DNA of 64,000 nucleotides from Narcine bancroftii (taxonomy: Eukaryota), in NCBI RefSeq assembly GCF_036971445.1, contig NC_091470.1:258044001-258108000 (forward strand), given 5' to 3'. The notes below the pieces were generated by a model, which saw only the letters and a list, made by a program, of their open reading frames with translations, was not told the origin of the DNA and did no database searches. The translations under genes were made by a program, and so were the position numbers. Of the stretch, positions 25,660-39,429 are shown one piece after another. Position 1 is the first letter of the stretch; every line of letters starts with the position of its first letter.

Positions 25660-26866
25660 GATTTCAGATTTATTGCCAGAGTACATACATGACATCAGGT
25701 ACAACACTAAGATTCCTTTTTCCTGTGGGCGTGGCAGAATTACCTCTAAATTGTAGTGCAAAAATTAACTGCACACAGTGTGAACATGTAAACAATCAAA
25801 AGAACTGTAAACATACAATGAATGCAAACAAACTGACTGTGGAATACAGTGAAAGCAAATAAAATCAATGAAGTGCACAAGACCCCTTAAATGAGTCCCT
25901 GATTGAATTTGTTGTTGAGGAGTCTGATGGTGGAGGAGGAGCAGTTCTTCCAGAACCTGGTGATGTGAGTCTTGTGGCACCTCTACCTCTTACCTGATGG
26001 CAGCAGTGAGAACAGAGCAGATGCTTGGTGGTGAGAGTCTTTGATGATTGCTGCTGCTCTCTATTGGCAGTAATCCCTATAGATGTACTCAACAGTGGGG
26101 AGGGTTTTGCTGGTAATGCTCTGGGCTGTGTCCACTACCTTTTGGAGAGCTTTGCGCTCAGGGGTGTTGGTGTTTCCATACCAAACCATGATGCAGTCGG
26201 TCAGCACGTTTTCCACCACATATCTGTAGAAATTTGCCAAGGTTTCTGATGTCATACCAAGTCTCTGCAAACTCCTGAGGAAGTAGAAGTGCTGTTGTGC
26301 TTTCTTCACGATGCCATTGGTGGGTTGGGTCCAGGAAAGATCCTCCAAGATAGTGACTCCCAAGAACCTAAATGTACTCACCTTCTCCACCTCTGATTCC
26401 CCAATGATCACTGGACTACATACCTCTGACTTTCCTTTCCAGAAGTGAGCAATCAACTCCTTAGTTTTTGCTACACAGCTGTAGGTGTAAAGTGAATAGA
26501 GAAGGGGGTTAAGAACACAGCTCCAGTACTGATGGATATTGTGGAGGAGAAATCCTTACCAATCTTCACTGATTGTGGTCTGGAGGTGAGGAAATCCCTG
26601 ATCCAATTGCACAGTGGGATGTTAACTCCCAGGTCTTGATGGACAATGTTGTTAAATGCCGAAATGTAGTCAATAAAGAACATCCTGATGTATGCATCTT
26701 TGCTGTCCAGATGTTCCATGGCTTTGTGTAGGGCCAGTGAGCTGGCATCCACCATAGACCTGTTGTCGTGATAGGCGAACTGGAATGGATCTATGCCACC
26801 ACAAAGACAGGAGCTGATATGCTTCGTCACCAGCCTTTCAAAACACTTCATTACTGTTGATGTAAG
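25660..26866 (-). mobile_element. Rex1/Babar LINE, 5'-truncated
   Basis: [24 protein letters not shown]; FRFLGVTILEDLSWT..KKAQQHFYFLRSL; aataaatctgaa tail. Confidence 0.9.
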
Positions 26867-26869
26867 TGC

Positions 26870-27800
26870 TACTGGTCCTCCATATATGGAACTCCATATT
26901 GTGTCTGCCTGATGAAATAATTTCTGTTCACATATCTCATTGTTTCTTTCTTAATGATAACTTCAAGCTTTCTCCCAATTACTTAAGCTTACTGGACTGT
27001 ATCTTTTGTCTCCCTCATTTTTTAAACAGTGACATTTCAGTCGACTGGGACCTGTCTACAGAATTTTGGTAAATTACTACAAATGCATCTGCTGTAAATT
27101 TAACCATTTCTTTCAATACCCTATGATGTATTCCATCAGGATTAGGGGAATTGTTTATCTATAGACCCACATCCTCACTTCCCATCACCTCCTTACACCT
27201 ATATTTGGCATGTCCGCTCTGATGACCGACAACTCAGCCGCTTACACCTTACGCATTATAATTTCCCTCTTTTCATCTTCTCAGGGAATTATGTTTGCTT
27301 TAGCCACTCTCTTCCACTTTATACAGTTAGAAAAACATTTAGGATTAATTTTCATTTTCTGTGCTAGTTTACTTTCATAATCTATCCTTTCATGATCAAT
27401 TACTTAGTTTTTTTTTGTTGAATTCCCAATCTTCTAGTTTCCAGCTACTGTTGGCCACTTAAAGCATTAGCTTTTCATTTGATGCCTTCCTTTATTATTT
27501 TAAATATTTGTGGCTGAGTATTCCTACCCTTACTGTCCTTGTTTATAGCTGACATGTACTTTTTTTTGAACACTGTGAAAGATCTCTTTGAAAGCCCTCC
27601 ACTGTTCCTCAAATATCCAACCCAAATAGCCTGTGTTCCCAAAATCTGTTACTCAACTCCTCTTTCATCTTCCTGTAGTTTAGTTTGTTTGGGTATTACT
27701 ATCTCATCTTCCATCTGTAATAAAAATCCAGCCAGATTGTGATTACTCTTTCTTAGAGGATCCCAACTGTGACATATTACTTTATCTGCAGATGCACTTA
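26870..27800 (-). mobile_element. Decayed CR1 ORF2 (possibly the upstream part of 24625-25640)
   Basis: Minus-strand remnants such as KFPNPDGIHHRVLKEM. Confidence 0.5.
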
Positions 27801-28324
27801 AAATCTGCTTCTTCCATAGCATTAACTAACAGGAACCAAGAATTTTCCATTTGGTTTAATGCCACAGGTTTGTCCTACAGTTGCATTAAATAGTTTAATT
27901 TTGTTTTCCTGATTTACTACTAGTTTTTTTGAGAATCTTGAAAGATGTTTGTCTAATTCTTCTATAATATGCGGTGCTTAAACATGCCAGGCACATTTAA
28001 GTTAACTGAGGGAGTTGAATACATAGGTGCTCTATATATTGTGTCACCATGTTTATAAGCCCAGTGAGTCCCTGAGAACAGCATTTAAAGTTGACACTTT
28101 TGGATGTTGTTCAAGAGTTAGTGAGTTGAAGTGTGAACGCTGGCAATCGGTAAGGGAAACAATGAGGTGATGTTTGACTGTAATGGCAAGTTTGGAAATT
28201 GGAGGATAGCAGCAATAGCTTCAGCCTTTGACTGCAAAAATCACCCTCTGTACTTTCACCAGGTGCCCTTAAAGATTCACTGTAACTTTGCTCAAATCTG
28301 AATTTATTCATCAAGGTATTACAT

Positions 28325-28495
28325 CACCAGCGATTGGGAGAGGGTTCAAATTCCACACACTCTGTAAGGAGTTTGAACATTCTCCCCATGTCTGCACGGG
28401 TTTTCCCCGGGTGTGTAGGTTAATTGGGTGTAAATTGGACGGCACAGATCTGTGGGCTGAAATGGCTTCTATGTCTAAAAATTTAAAAAATTAAA
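28325..28495 (+). mobile_element. tRNA-derived V-SINE (partial)
   Basis: B-box-like ggttcaaattcc followed by ggagtttgaacattctccccatgtctgcacgggtttt V-domain. Confidence 0.7.
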
Positions 28496-28948
28496 CTTTA
28501 AACCAATTTCCCAACCTGTACTGCCACATGTATCCCCAGATCTCCCTATTCTTCTACCCCCTTAGAAATGTGCCCTAAAGCATGCCACATTGATGAGTAT
28601 CAATTTGCATTTTTTAACATTAAATTTTATTGGCCGCCTGTCTGCCCATTCCACCAGTTGGTGTATACCACTTTGAAGTCTGTTACTGTGCCTCTCACTA
28701 GTCCATAGTTCCTCCAAGTATTGTGTCATTTCAAATTTGCATATGTTCTATCCACCAAAGTCCAAATCATTAATATAAGAAATACAGTGGTCCTAATGCC
28801 TGCTGTTGGAAAACGTCTCTGTGTAAACCCTTCCAGTTCAATACTCTGTTTCCTTTATTTAGCCAATTTTATTTGTCCCTTTTATTCTGTGATATTCAAT
28901 TTTGACAACTTGCCTATTATATGGCACTTGATCACATGCCTTTTGGAA

Positions 28949-29124
28949 AAACACACAAATGCTGAAGAAACTCAGCAGGTCAAAGTGTAACTTTGATGAA
29001 GGGCTCCAGCCTGAAATGTTGTTGATGTATCTTTACCTTTGCTACATAAAGACACTATTTGACCTGCTGAGTTTCTCCAGATTTGTGTGTTTTTTCACTT
29101 AGCTGTGGTGTCAACAGAATCCTT
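28949..29124. mobile_element. Penelope pLTR-derived hairpin mini-element inside an old CR1
   Basis: About 38-bp inverted arms (28947-28984 and 29058-29095); 10-bp TSD ccttttggaa (28939-28948 and 29125-29134). Confidence 0.85.
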
Positions 29125-29999
29125 CCTTTTGGAAGTCTGTATATACATGTCCCTTTTTGACCCTCTTCTGCATCAAAAAACTTATCTAACAAGTGAGTTA
29201 AGGCCAATTTTTTTTTCCCTTTAACAAATCCCCACTGGCCTTTTTTAAAATCCAAGCATCTAATGTGGAGCTAATTCTGATACTGATTATTATTTCTCAT
29301 ACTTTCTCCACTTCTGATGTTAAATGCTACAGATACTGGGCTGATCCCTCTACCCTTAATTGGACAAAGGATTTAACATCTGCAGTTTTCCAGTCCTGAG
29401 GCACCACCCTTGAGTCTATGTCTGTCTGAAAAATCACGGCAGGGCCTCTAACTTCCCCACCACCCTCCTTTTCAACTGGGCAGGATTGTTTAGCTTTTTC
29501 TCTTTACGTCCTTGTATCAATACCCAGTATCAGAGGCTCCTACAGAAATGAAGTCTGATGCAAAATTCTCCTCGTGTACCTCAACCATGTCCTCTGCCTC
29601 TCCAGGTAGCTTTCTCTGATTGGTCTTGCCTCTTCTCTCATAATCTCTTTTCCATTCGTGTGCTTGTAAAATATTTTTGCAATCTATTTTATGCTTACTG
29701 ATAATCTTCCTTCGTTCTCTCACTTTACCTTACCTAACTGCCTCATTTGCTCCTCTTTTTGAAGTAGCCCTGTTTCTCAATGTATCAACAACTGAATTTT
29801 ACCCATGCAGTTTTATCTTGAAATTGCCTTTATAACATTAATTTGCCAACTGAATTTAATGTCTGTTTTAATATGACAGGCATCCATAGAGCTCATATGA
29901 CCTTTTTTGTAGCCATTCTTAATCTTACGGAATCATGAACACACTTTAGAAACCTTTGTTCTCTATCCCTATATCACGCTGTATTTAATTTTTTTCATT

Positions 30000-30485
30000 T
30001 TTTAAAATTAATTTACAACACAGTAGAAGGCCCTTCCAGCTTATAAACCCGTGCCACCTAATTACACTCAAACAACCTGCCATTCCTGTACATTTGGAGG
30101 GTGGGAGGGAAATTGGAGCACCCAGGGAAAATCCATGAGTCACAGGTGGAAAATACCTTATAAATAAGAAAAGAATCTCAGGGTTGTTGACAATAAATCT
30201 GAAGTTTAAACTTTGACAGCATCAGATTCGACCTGGTACATTTGGATGTCTGCAACTGCTACGCCAACCGTGCCACCCCAGGTGGTTGGCATAGTGGTTT
30301 GCGCAATGCCTTTACAGCACCAGCGACCAGACTCGGGTTCAGGTTTGTACGTTATCTGTGTGTCTGCATGGGTTTTCTCTGGGGGCTCCGGTTTCCTCTC
30401 ATTGTTCAAAACATTCAGGGAGTGTAGGTTAGTTGGGCATAAACACCTGCTACCATGCTGTATGTATGTCTAAATTTAAATTTTA
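30000..30485. mobile_element. Cluster of V-SINE pieces in both orientations plus a Rex1 tail fragment
   Basis: Minus-strand SINE at about 30000-30150; gacaataaatctgaa tail; inverted head at 30225-30275; plus-strand SINE at 30280-30485. Confidence 0.7.
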
Positions 30486-30814
30486 AAACCCCAAATAGCT
30501 TTTGCACATCCACAATTTCCTTGCAAATTTCCTCCTAGAGTTCCTTTTCGATAGTTGCCAACCTATAATCACATGGTTTCTTTCTTGAGTCAGAATAATT
30601 CTGTCTTTAATTGTTCCAGGACATTATGTTGATCAAAATACATATTTGTTAATCCCTCCTACCTCTCTTCATCCATTCTTTCCTTCCCATCTTCTCTTAT
30701 TACTTTCCAAGAATGTCTGGATCCCACTGCTACCCCTTTACAAATTGTGTCTTTGTTATCATTTCTAGATGGTTCATTGTGCCTGCATCTTAGTACACCT
30801 TAGGTATACAGTGC

Positions 30815-31010
30815 AATACACTGGAGAAACTCAGCAGGTCACAGAGCATCCATAGAAGTAAAGGGTAACCAATGTTTCAGGCCTGGCCCCTTTGTCGAGA
30901 ATAAGAAAAAAAACAGGCAAACACCTGAATAAAAAGATGGGGGGTGGGGGGGGGGTATGTAAAAGAGGGGAGAGGAGGGAGGAAGGAACAGGAGGAGTAG
31001 AGGTTTTGCA
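30815..31010 (-). mobile_element. Penelope pLTR fragment
   Basis: ctggagaaactcagcaggtcacagagcatcc...tttcaggcctggcccctttgtcgag. Confidence 0.75.
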
Positions 31011-32454
31011 GTACCTGTCCATGAGCACATTTTGGACCTTGAACTGTCTCTTAATTGAACGCATTTGTAAAGATAATATTTCTCACCATAAAAATTTTTT
31101 TTAATGTACTAATGTTGGTCTTTAGTACTAATTTCTCATCAGATTATTGATCTTTCCATTAGTACTTAATTTGCTGTATCTATTTTAACAATAATGCCTA
31201 GCTGCTTTTCTATATGACTGGCACAATATACAAGTCTGTTAATGAATCAAAGTGCTCCCCTACCTTCACCCCGCCTCTTTATTGCTTCATTAGTTCCCAA
31301 CCTCAGTCCTAATTGTCTATTTTATTACCTTATCTCCCTTTGATTTCTCCTGATTTAATGTTAAAGTTATGAGGAATGGGAAGAAGCCCAGTGAACCTGC
31401 ACTGCATGACAAGTCCTCTCAACCTCTATTCCAGCAGGTCTCCTATCCCACAATTCCCTCAAGTCTGAAACTTTGATCTCAGTTGCTCTCCAACTGAACA
31501 TCCAGATTCCTCCTGATTTACGAAGCTATAAATCTGTGCAAAGGTGAAGATATTTCTCCATATCTCAAGTGAAGATGGCCCACTATTTTTGAAGACGTTG
31601 CAGCCTCAGTAATCAAGTTCTTGGCACTTTTTCAATCAGACATAAGCTGGAGCATTTCATCTTAATGATAGAAGAGCTGATAACACAAATTAAAAGAACT
31701 GGATCCCATTCAGATTTGACTATCCATTCAGTTTGATTTTCCCATATCCCTTATCTGGGAGTATATCTTGTCAGTTCTAGACGAAATAACTCTATTGGAC
31801 CACTCTAAATGTTCAAAATTAAGAAATAAATCTGTTTGGTCAACTGAAATAGAATTAATAATTAGCATAAAAAATCAAAAACATCAGGGTTATTGGATCT
31901 TGAGCAAATAGACCAAGATGTGACTTGAAAAAGATGTTTGCTATTTGAAAATAAATTTCTGAAAAAATGCGCAAAAGATGATATGAAGAAAAAAAGTCTG
32001 AATTAAAATTAACTAGAAATCCCTCCTGGTCTGAAAAATTTCCAGGTAAATAGATGGGTAGATCTGCATATTATCAAAGTGGAGTGCAGTTGAATAAAGC
32101 ACTGTCAGAAATGTTGATGAATGATGTTATATACCATAAGGATATTATTGAAAAGTAATATCCTTATGGTGTGTGTGTCTCGGAGATGTTTGGGGTCAGC
32201 CAAAATGATTTAGACTGCAAGGTTCTAGTATGGAGTCTATACTCACAAGCGTGAAAATTGAGGATTTTTGCATCATGCAATTTTTATTTGTTGAAAATAA
32301 GATTAATGTGTCAGTAAGATTAAATGTCAGTCTTTAGTATTCATGGCCAAATAGTTTTCTCGCTATCAGCTGTAAAATGGTCATCCAGTTATGACATAAA
32401 CATTTTCACTTGATGAAGATGATTTGCATTCCATTTTATCCTGTCATCTAACCA

Positions 32455-32945
32455 CAGATAAGAGGGTGGAGAAAATTTATGCGAATGTTGCCGAGTCTTG
32501 AGGAACTGAGTTACAGGGAAAGGTTTAATAGGTTAGGACTTTATTCCATGAAGCATCATAGAATGAGGGGAGATTAAATAAGAGATACAAAATTATGAGG
32601 GATATGGAGAGAATGAATGCAAGATAGCTTTTCCCACTGAGGTTGGGTGAGGTAAGAACTCGAGGACATGGGTTAAGTGTGAACGGTGAAATGTTTAAAG
32701 AGGACATTAGGAGGAACTTCATCATACAGAGAGGGGCGAGAGTGTGGAACAAGCTGCCAGCTGAAGTGGTGAATGGGGGTTTTATTTTGATATTTAAGAA
32801 AAATTTGGATAGGTACATGGATGGAAGAGGTATGGAAGGCTATGGTCCAGGTGCATGTTAATGGGAGTAGGCAGAATAATAGTTAGGCACAGACTAGGTG
32901 AGCCAAAGGGCCTATTTCTATGCTGTAGCGTCTATGATTCTATAT
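32455..32945 (+). mobile_element. CR1 3' end
   Basis: RTRGHGLSVNGEMFKEDIRRNFIIQRGARVWNKLP; ttctat tail. Confidence 0.85.
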
Positions 32946-33194
32946 GTAGAGAGGGATATTGGGAATGGCCCCATAGTGATGGGATATAATCCCTCTTTGC
33001 ATGAAGTATCCTATTAAGCACATATCTTTTCAGAACTTGTTACCTTTTCTGTTCCTTGGAAACCTCTTTGTTTATCAAATCAATCATTTATCGTGTGCTG
33101 CAGTCAATTCCAGTCATCATTTTACATTATCCTAAGTAAGAAGAATAAAATGAATCAGCTTTTTGTCTCATGCTTTGGATGAATTGCATCTTCT

Positions 33195-33610
33195 TACTTG
33201 TGTTGCCTGAATTGGAGGATTTAAATTATGGGGAGAGATTGGAGAGGCTAGGTTTGTTTTCCCTGGAGCAAAAGAGGTTGCGGGGTGACCTGATAATGTC
33301 ATGTATAATTACAAGAGGCATAGATTGGGTAGGTGAGAGAGAATCTTTTTCCCCATTGTTGTGTTATGAAAATAAGAGGAAACAGGTGTAAGGTGGGAGA
33401 TAGGGGTTTTAAAAGGGATTTTAGGGGAAAGATTTTTTTTACACCAGGTGATTAATATCTGGCAAACACTACCAGCGGAGGGGTTAGAGTCAGGTATATT
33501 CACTACTTTTAAGAGACATTTAGACAGACACTTAAAAGGAAAGGCATAGAAGGATTTGATCCCTATGCAGGCAACTAGGATTTATTGTAGATAGGAAAAA
33601 AGGTCAGTGT
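33195..33610 (+). mobile_element. CR1 3' end
   Basis: LNYGERLERLGLFSLEQKRLRGDLI. Confidence 0.85.
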
Positions 33611-33611
33611 G

Positions 33612-33820
33612 ATGGGTGGCACAGTTAGTGTAGTGGTTAGCACAACATCTTTATAGCACCAGCAATCAGGACCAAGGTACGAATCCTGCGCTGTCTCTAG
33701 GGAGTTTGTACATTCTCTCCATGTCTGCGTGGGTTTTCCCCAGGGGCTCCGGTTTCCTCCCACTCTTCAAACGTACTGGGGATTGTAGGTCAAGAATGCT
33801 GTATGTCTCCGTTTAAAAAT
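33612..33820 (+). mobile_element. tRNA-derived V-SINE
   Basis: A-box-like tagtgtagtggttagc, B-box-like ggtacgaatcc, V-domain ggagtttgtacattctctccatgtctgcgtgggtttt...ggctccggtttcctccca. Confidence 0.8.
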
Positions 33821-34759
33821 GAAGGGTCAGTTTCAGTGCTGTACAACTCTTGTCTTTTTTTGTTTTGGAAAATATCTATTTAAGTCATTTAGCCAATTTT
33901 TTCTAAATAGATGATATGTGACAAATGTTTTGGACAGTGATAAATATGTCAGCATTTCAGAGAAGAACTAAAAATGTCCCCCACTCCCACACCCCACTTC
34001 CCTCTGCAAAATATTTGTGGAAGAATGACAGGAAAAATAAACAGTGGCCATTCATGCTGGCATGAGATTAAAGTATCTAATTGTATTTTCTTGCTATGAA
34101 ATATAGAATAAGGTGCCTAGTCCTTCCTACTGTGCATTCTTCTTAAGATAATTACAAATTGCACATTTCTTCTTTTCCTTTGTACAAAAAGGACATACTC
34201 TCTCCAAAGTTGAGTCCTGGCTGAGGCTTTGGAAAGCACGTCATTCTCCCTGAGAACTCTATTCATCAGACATGAAGTACCTTGCATGAATTGCTCATTG
34301 CCAAAGAATGCAGTTACAGGAGGTCGCATTTGTACATTTTCCTCTGGTGCACCCGTGACTCCAGAAACTCTGTGACTTTCAGAGAAAGAAAACCAAATCT
34401 TCCTTTATTTGTGATTCTGTATCCAGTGAATGAATGGTTCATATCTATGATTTCCCTTCCTTTCCCACTCTTGGGTGAAAACCTTTTTTGACTAGGTTCC
34501 TGATCAGAAACGAGGAACCTCTTGAGGAACTTGTATTGGTGCTTCTATTCATACCCTTCAATCTGTGTCCTGCCATACCTTGTCCTGAGACCCACAATGA
34601 ATTGCTAGTTTAAGCACCTGTCATTGTAACTTCTGAGCAGCCTCTTGTAATTGGGAAATATCTGGTTCATTGTTCTCTCTTCTAGACAGCCAACCATGAC
34701 TCATTTTCCCAACTCACCACCACATTAGCTTGGTGACAATAACTGCTGGCCTTCATTAG

Positions 34760-35780
34760 TCAGGTGCTTGTGTTCAAGAGTGTGAGGCAACATTGCAGCT
34801 CTATAAAGCTCCGGTTAGACCACATTTGGAGCATAGTATTCAGATCTGGTCCCCTCATTGAAGGAATGATATATATGCTTTGGAGAGGTTGCAGATCTTA
34901 ATTAACAGGATGTTGCCTGGATTAGAGAACATGCCTTATGAGGCAAGGTTGATAGACCAAGGGTTTTCTCTTTGGATTGATGCAAAATGGCACACAGAAT
35001 TTAGTGCAGACAAATGTGAGGTGTTGCACTTTGGAAGGACAAACTGAAGTAGGACATGCACTGTAAACAGTATGACACTGAGGTGTGTAGTAGAACAGAA
35101 GGTTCTGGGAATACAGATACATAATTCCCTGAAAGTTGTGTCATTGATAGAAAGGGTTGTAAAGAGAGATTTTGGCACAATGGCATTCATTAATCAAAGT
35201 ATTGATTTCAGATATAGGAGTTGGGATGTTATGGTGAAGTTATGCAAGAAAGGTGAGGCAAAATTTGGAGTATTGTGTGCAGTTTTGGTCACCTAATTAC
35301 TGGAAGGATATCAATAAAATGGAAAGAAGCAGAGAATATGTACAAGAATGTTGTTGGGACTTGAAGAACTGAGTTACAAGAAACAGTTAGACAGATTAAA
35401 ACTTTATTCCCTGGAGCATAGAAGAATGAGAGGAGATTTGATAGAGGTATACAACATTATGATAGGAATAGAAAGTGTAAATGCAAGCAGGCATTTTCCA
35501 CTGAGGTTAGATGAGAGAAAAACTAGAGGACATGGGTTAAGGGTGATTGGGGGGTGGGGGGGGAGCTTCTTCATACAGACAGTGGAGGGAGCTGTCAGCT
35601 ATATTAGTAAATACAGCTTCAATTTTGACATTTAAGGAAATTTTGTATAGGTACATGGATGTGATGGGTGTGGGGGAATATGTTCCAGGTGCAAGTCAAT
35701 GGGGCTCGGCAGAAAAATAGTTTGGCAATGACTGGAAGGGCCGAAGGACCTGTTTCTGTACTGTAGTGCACTACAGTTCG
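34760..35780 (+). mobile_element. Two abutting CR1 3' fragments
   Basis: LSYKKQLDRLKLYSLEHRRMRGDLIEVY; ORF2 position resets at about 34976. Confidence 0.85.
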
Positions 35781-37619
35781 AATAGAGGTTTATAAGATTA
35801 TATGAGGCTGTACTGTATTGTTCAATTAAAATATGACAAAGAGAGAACCCAGGGAATTGCACAGGAGCCAGCTTGACATTGCTGTTGAGAACCTTGATCA
35901 TCTGGAAAAATACAGAATTGGAAGAGAGAGCCAATTGGCTTTATAAGAGAGGAGATCATGTCAGTAAATTCTCTTTAAATATGTTACTGTAAGAGGAAAA
36001 GCCCAGCAGATGACGTTTATTTCGATTGTTGTGAATCTTCAATTGAAGTGGTGTGTGCAGATTGGCAAGATGCTGCCCGGGTGGATGGTGTCTGCAACAA
36101 GCTGTAAAGGAACTAAAAGTAGTAAAAGGAGAAACATTAACTATGGGAGATGACTGTGAAGAGGGGGAGTCTCGAGAAGCAATGCTGGGCTGTGGCTAAT
36201 CGAGCAGAGGTGGAATCAGATTTCTCCACTTTTACAGGCAAAATGGAACTGAAAGAACTGCAAAAGTGGGAAACCAACTTATCAAAAAGAGAAAGAACTT
36301 GACAGATTTTCGTCTGGGCCGATGAGTGGGAGATGTATAATGTGGACAAATGCAGCTTTGAGATTAGATTAAACAGTGGTAATATAAATGAAATATTAGA
36401 CCATAGTTCAGAACAGAGTAATTTGGGAGTGTTAATACATAAATTTTGAAGGTTATTAGTATAGTGCAAGACAAGGATATAGAGAACTCAACTGTTCAGT
36501 CAGAAGAATAGAGTGGTATTTCAAGCTTCTACTGACCACAGGTGGCTCCATCTGGACCATGATGCTCAATGTTCATTCATCACCTTACATGAAAGACATT
36601 GATAGCATTCAGCTTCCAGTTTATGAGGAGAGACTGCAGAAAATGCGAATAGTTACCACCAGAGAAAGGATAATCAAATAGAATTACACAAATTCTGAGA
36701 CTATTTTTACAGATTCTGCAGCATCAGGGCATAAAGGAAAGGTGGAAAATGTAGTACGATGGTTTAGATGAAACAAATTTTATGCAAGATATATACTGGA
36801 CATCCAAGGGAGAGATTGCTATGCATCATTGCCTCAAGGGACTGTAGACATCCAGAAAAAATAATGGTAGAACACAAATCAAAGGATTTGATATGTTCAA
36901 CTCAAACCAGCTAGTTCATCAGCAATAGTCTTTTTCAGAAGTGCCCATTCTTTTGTTCCTACTTGATTTAATCCTACCATAATTTTACAAATCTCATTCA
37001 GATCCAAGTCTACATTTCTATGAAATGAATAATCCCAGCTTTTAAGGACTGAAATCCCAGTTCTGCAATCCATAACTGAAATCTAACTTTTGGCAATATT
37101 GTTATTTCACTCACCAAAGCCTTCCAGACAAAATTACCTGTAAGGGGACCTGCATAGCATCAATACATCAAGGCAGTAACACCTACATAAGCTGGCTTTT
37201 TACAGAATTTCCCAACCATAAGACTGTCACCACAGTTTGGACATGTGTGTGCTGTAAATGTCAAGTTATTGATTCTTGTTAATGATGGAGGACCCATGGT
37301 CAGCTTTCCAACACTAATTCCCTTTCATGTCCTGTTCAAATCCTAAACTGCTGTCAGTGTTTGGTATATTGCTTTGCTGTCAGTACATAGTAATTTGATG
37401 GTATACTAAGCACCAATTGTTGACCTCTCCTGACAGCGGTTAACGCAATTATCAATGCGCCACATAGAACTGGTAAAGCTTGCAGACAAGAAGACTCATG
37501 AAACAAGATGCACAGTCTGATACATAATACAAATTACATGGGCACTTCTACCTTCAGCAGTGCCACAGGAGATCAGGTTTCTAATGCAATGACAGCACCT
37601 GAGGATTCCTAGTTAATCA

Positions 37620-37962
37620 AGGAACAAAAGTGCTGGAGCTGGTGCAACGGTGGCACTGGTACGGACCTGCGGACAGCGGGGAGCAGAGACACAGCACAGG
37701 GTTCTACCACCTAGTCCAGCTACCAAAGACTCAGTACAGGCTTTAAATGGCCTGTTAAAGGCGCCAACAGTGTTTGGACTGGACTCTTTGTGGCTGTAGA
37801 GGCTGCGGACACTCGGTGATTCCTGGGGGACTCTCTTTTGCTTCTTTTTCTCTTACTGTCAGGAGGCAATTTCTGCTCATGGTGAATCTGTCTGCCTTAC
37901 AGCAGGCAAAAGCAATTTCATGTAATATGACACTGTTTTATTACAATGGCAATAAATTTAGT
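37620..37962 (+). mobile_element. Unclassified retroposon 3' part
   Basis: ctctcttttgcttc...ggcaatttctgct...aataaa shared with 39970-40075. Confidence 0.55.
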
Positions 37963-37964
37963 CT

Positions 37965-39429
37965 TGTTTTTGAAAATTTTTATTTGTAGTTTTACAGACT
38001 CAAACTTTGAAAACATCACAGGGCATCACTCCTCCCCACAGATCGGTTTATGTCGAGCCCTTATTTTCCTCTGTTCCTCCCCCACCCCACCCCACCTTTC
38101 ATCTCCCATCCCACCCAAACATTAACAAAGAGAAATATATATATCAATTAATAAAAATAACAACGCTAATACACTTTTAAAAAAAGCTGGGGTGGTGCTG
38201 GTGCCACCGGCCAGGCCTCTAAATTTTCTCCTCATTCTGAATGTTCCAGGACTTGTGTGATCCTATTGTCCACTTTTTCCTTTTGAGGGAGGCTTTGGGA
38301 AGGTTAATCACACTTGCGCCTCAATGTATTGCAAGTATGGTTGCCACACCTTAAGAAAAGTGTCATGTCTCCCTCTCAAGTTATAGGTAATTTTTTCAGG
38401 GGAAACTCAGCTCTGTATCTCTGTGTTCCATCATGTTGCACTTAGCTGAGAGTCAGATTTCCAGGTAACCGGCAACTTTTACAAATGGAATTTGGTGTTT
38501 GGACAACCTTGGACTCACATCCATAATATCCCCCCAACAGGAGCAGCACTGGATCCTATGGATGCTCCACCCATGAAATCTTTTCCAAAATATCTCCCAA
38601 AATGGTCTCACCTTGGTGCATAACCAGGTTGAATGCACAAAGGTTCCTGTCTCTACACCGCATCTAAAACACAATTCTGAGATTTCTGGTTTTACCTTAT
38701 GTAATTTTTAACGGCATAAGCTATAGCTGGTGCAAGAAATTGTATTTAATATCTGCATTCATGTTGGTCCGACAGAAGTTGGACCAGCATCGTTCAGGAA
38801 TTGTTGTTCCTAAGTCTGACTCCCATCTTTGCCTCGATTTATGGAGACCCAGATTCAGGGTCTCGCTTTGGAATAGGAGGTACTTAGATTAATTTACGTG
38901 TGATCCCTTTTCGAATTAGAGCCTCCATGTCCCTACACAATGGTGGGGCCATATTTGGGCCTAATTTGTCCCTCAAAAAGAATCTTAATTGCAGATTCCA
39001 GAAGAAGGTCTTATTTGATAAATCAAATTTATTTTTTAATTGCTCAAATGACATTAGCTTCCCCTTCTCATAACAGTCCTTGATACACCTGATTCCTTTC
39101 TGGCACCAGGTGTCCAGGTTCTTAATACCCATGGTCATAGGAATGAATCTATTCTGGGTGAGGGGCATTTTGGATGACAACCCTACTTTTAACCCTCTAA
39201 TCTGGTTTATCTTTTGCCACATTTGAATTATCTGCTTTAATATAGGGCTGTCTGCTTTTTGGATTATTGATTTAGTATCCCATTTATATATAATTTCTCC
39301 CACTATCTTCTTCCCTACTGTGTGTAAACCAATTTGTGCCCAACAGGATATACCGTCCTCCTCAAAGAATGAGGCGAAAAATCTCGACTGGGCCACCCAA
39401 TAGTATTTTTTGAAATCTGGAAGACTCAT
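37965..39429 (-). mobile_element. L1 LINE, ORF2 C-terminal part plus 3'UTR
   Basis: SLPDFKKYYWVAQ...WCQKGIRCIKD; CCHC domain CFRCGVETGTFVHSTWLCTKVRPFW. Confidence 0.9.

Noticed and set aside
33612-33700. tRNA gene
   Set aside because: A/B boxes run straight into a V-SINE body, with no cloverleaf.
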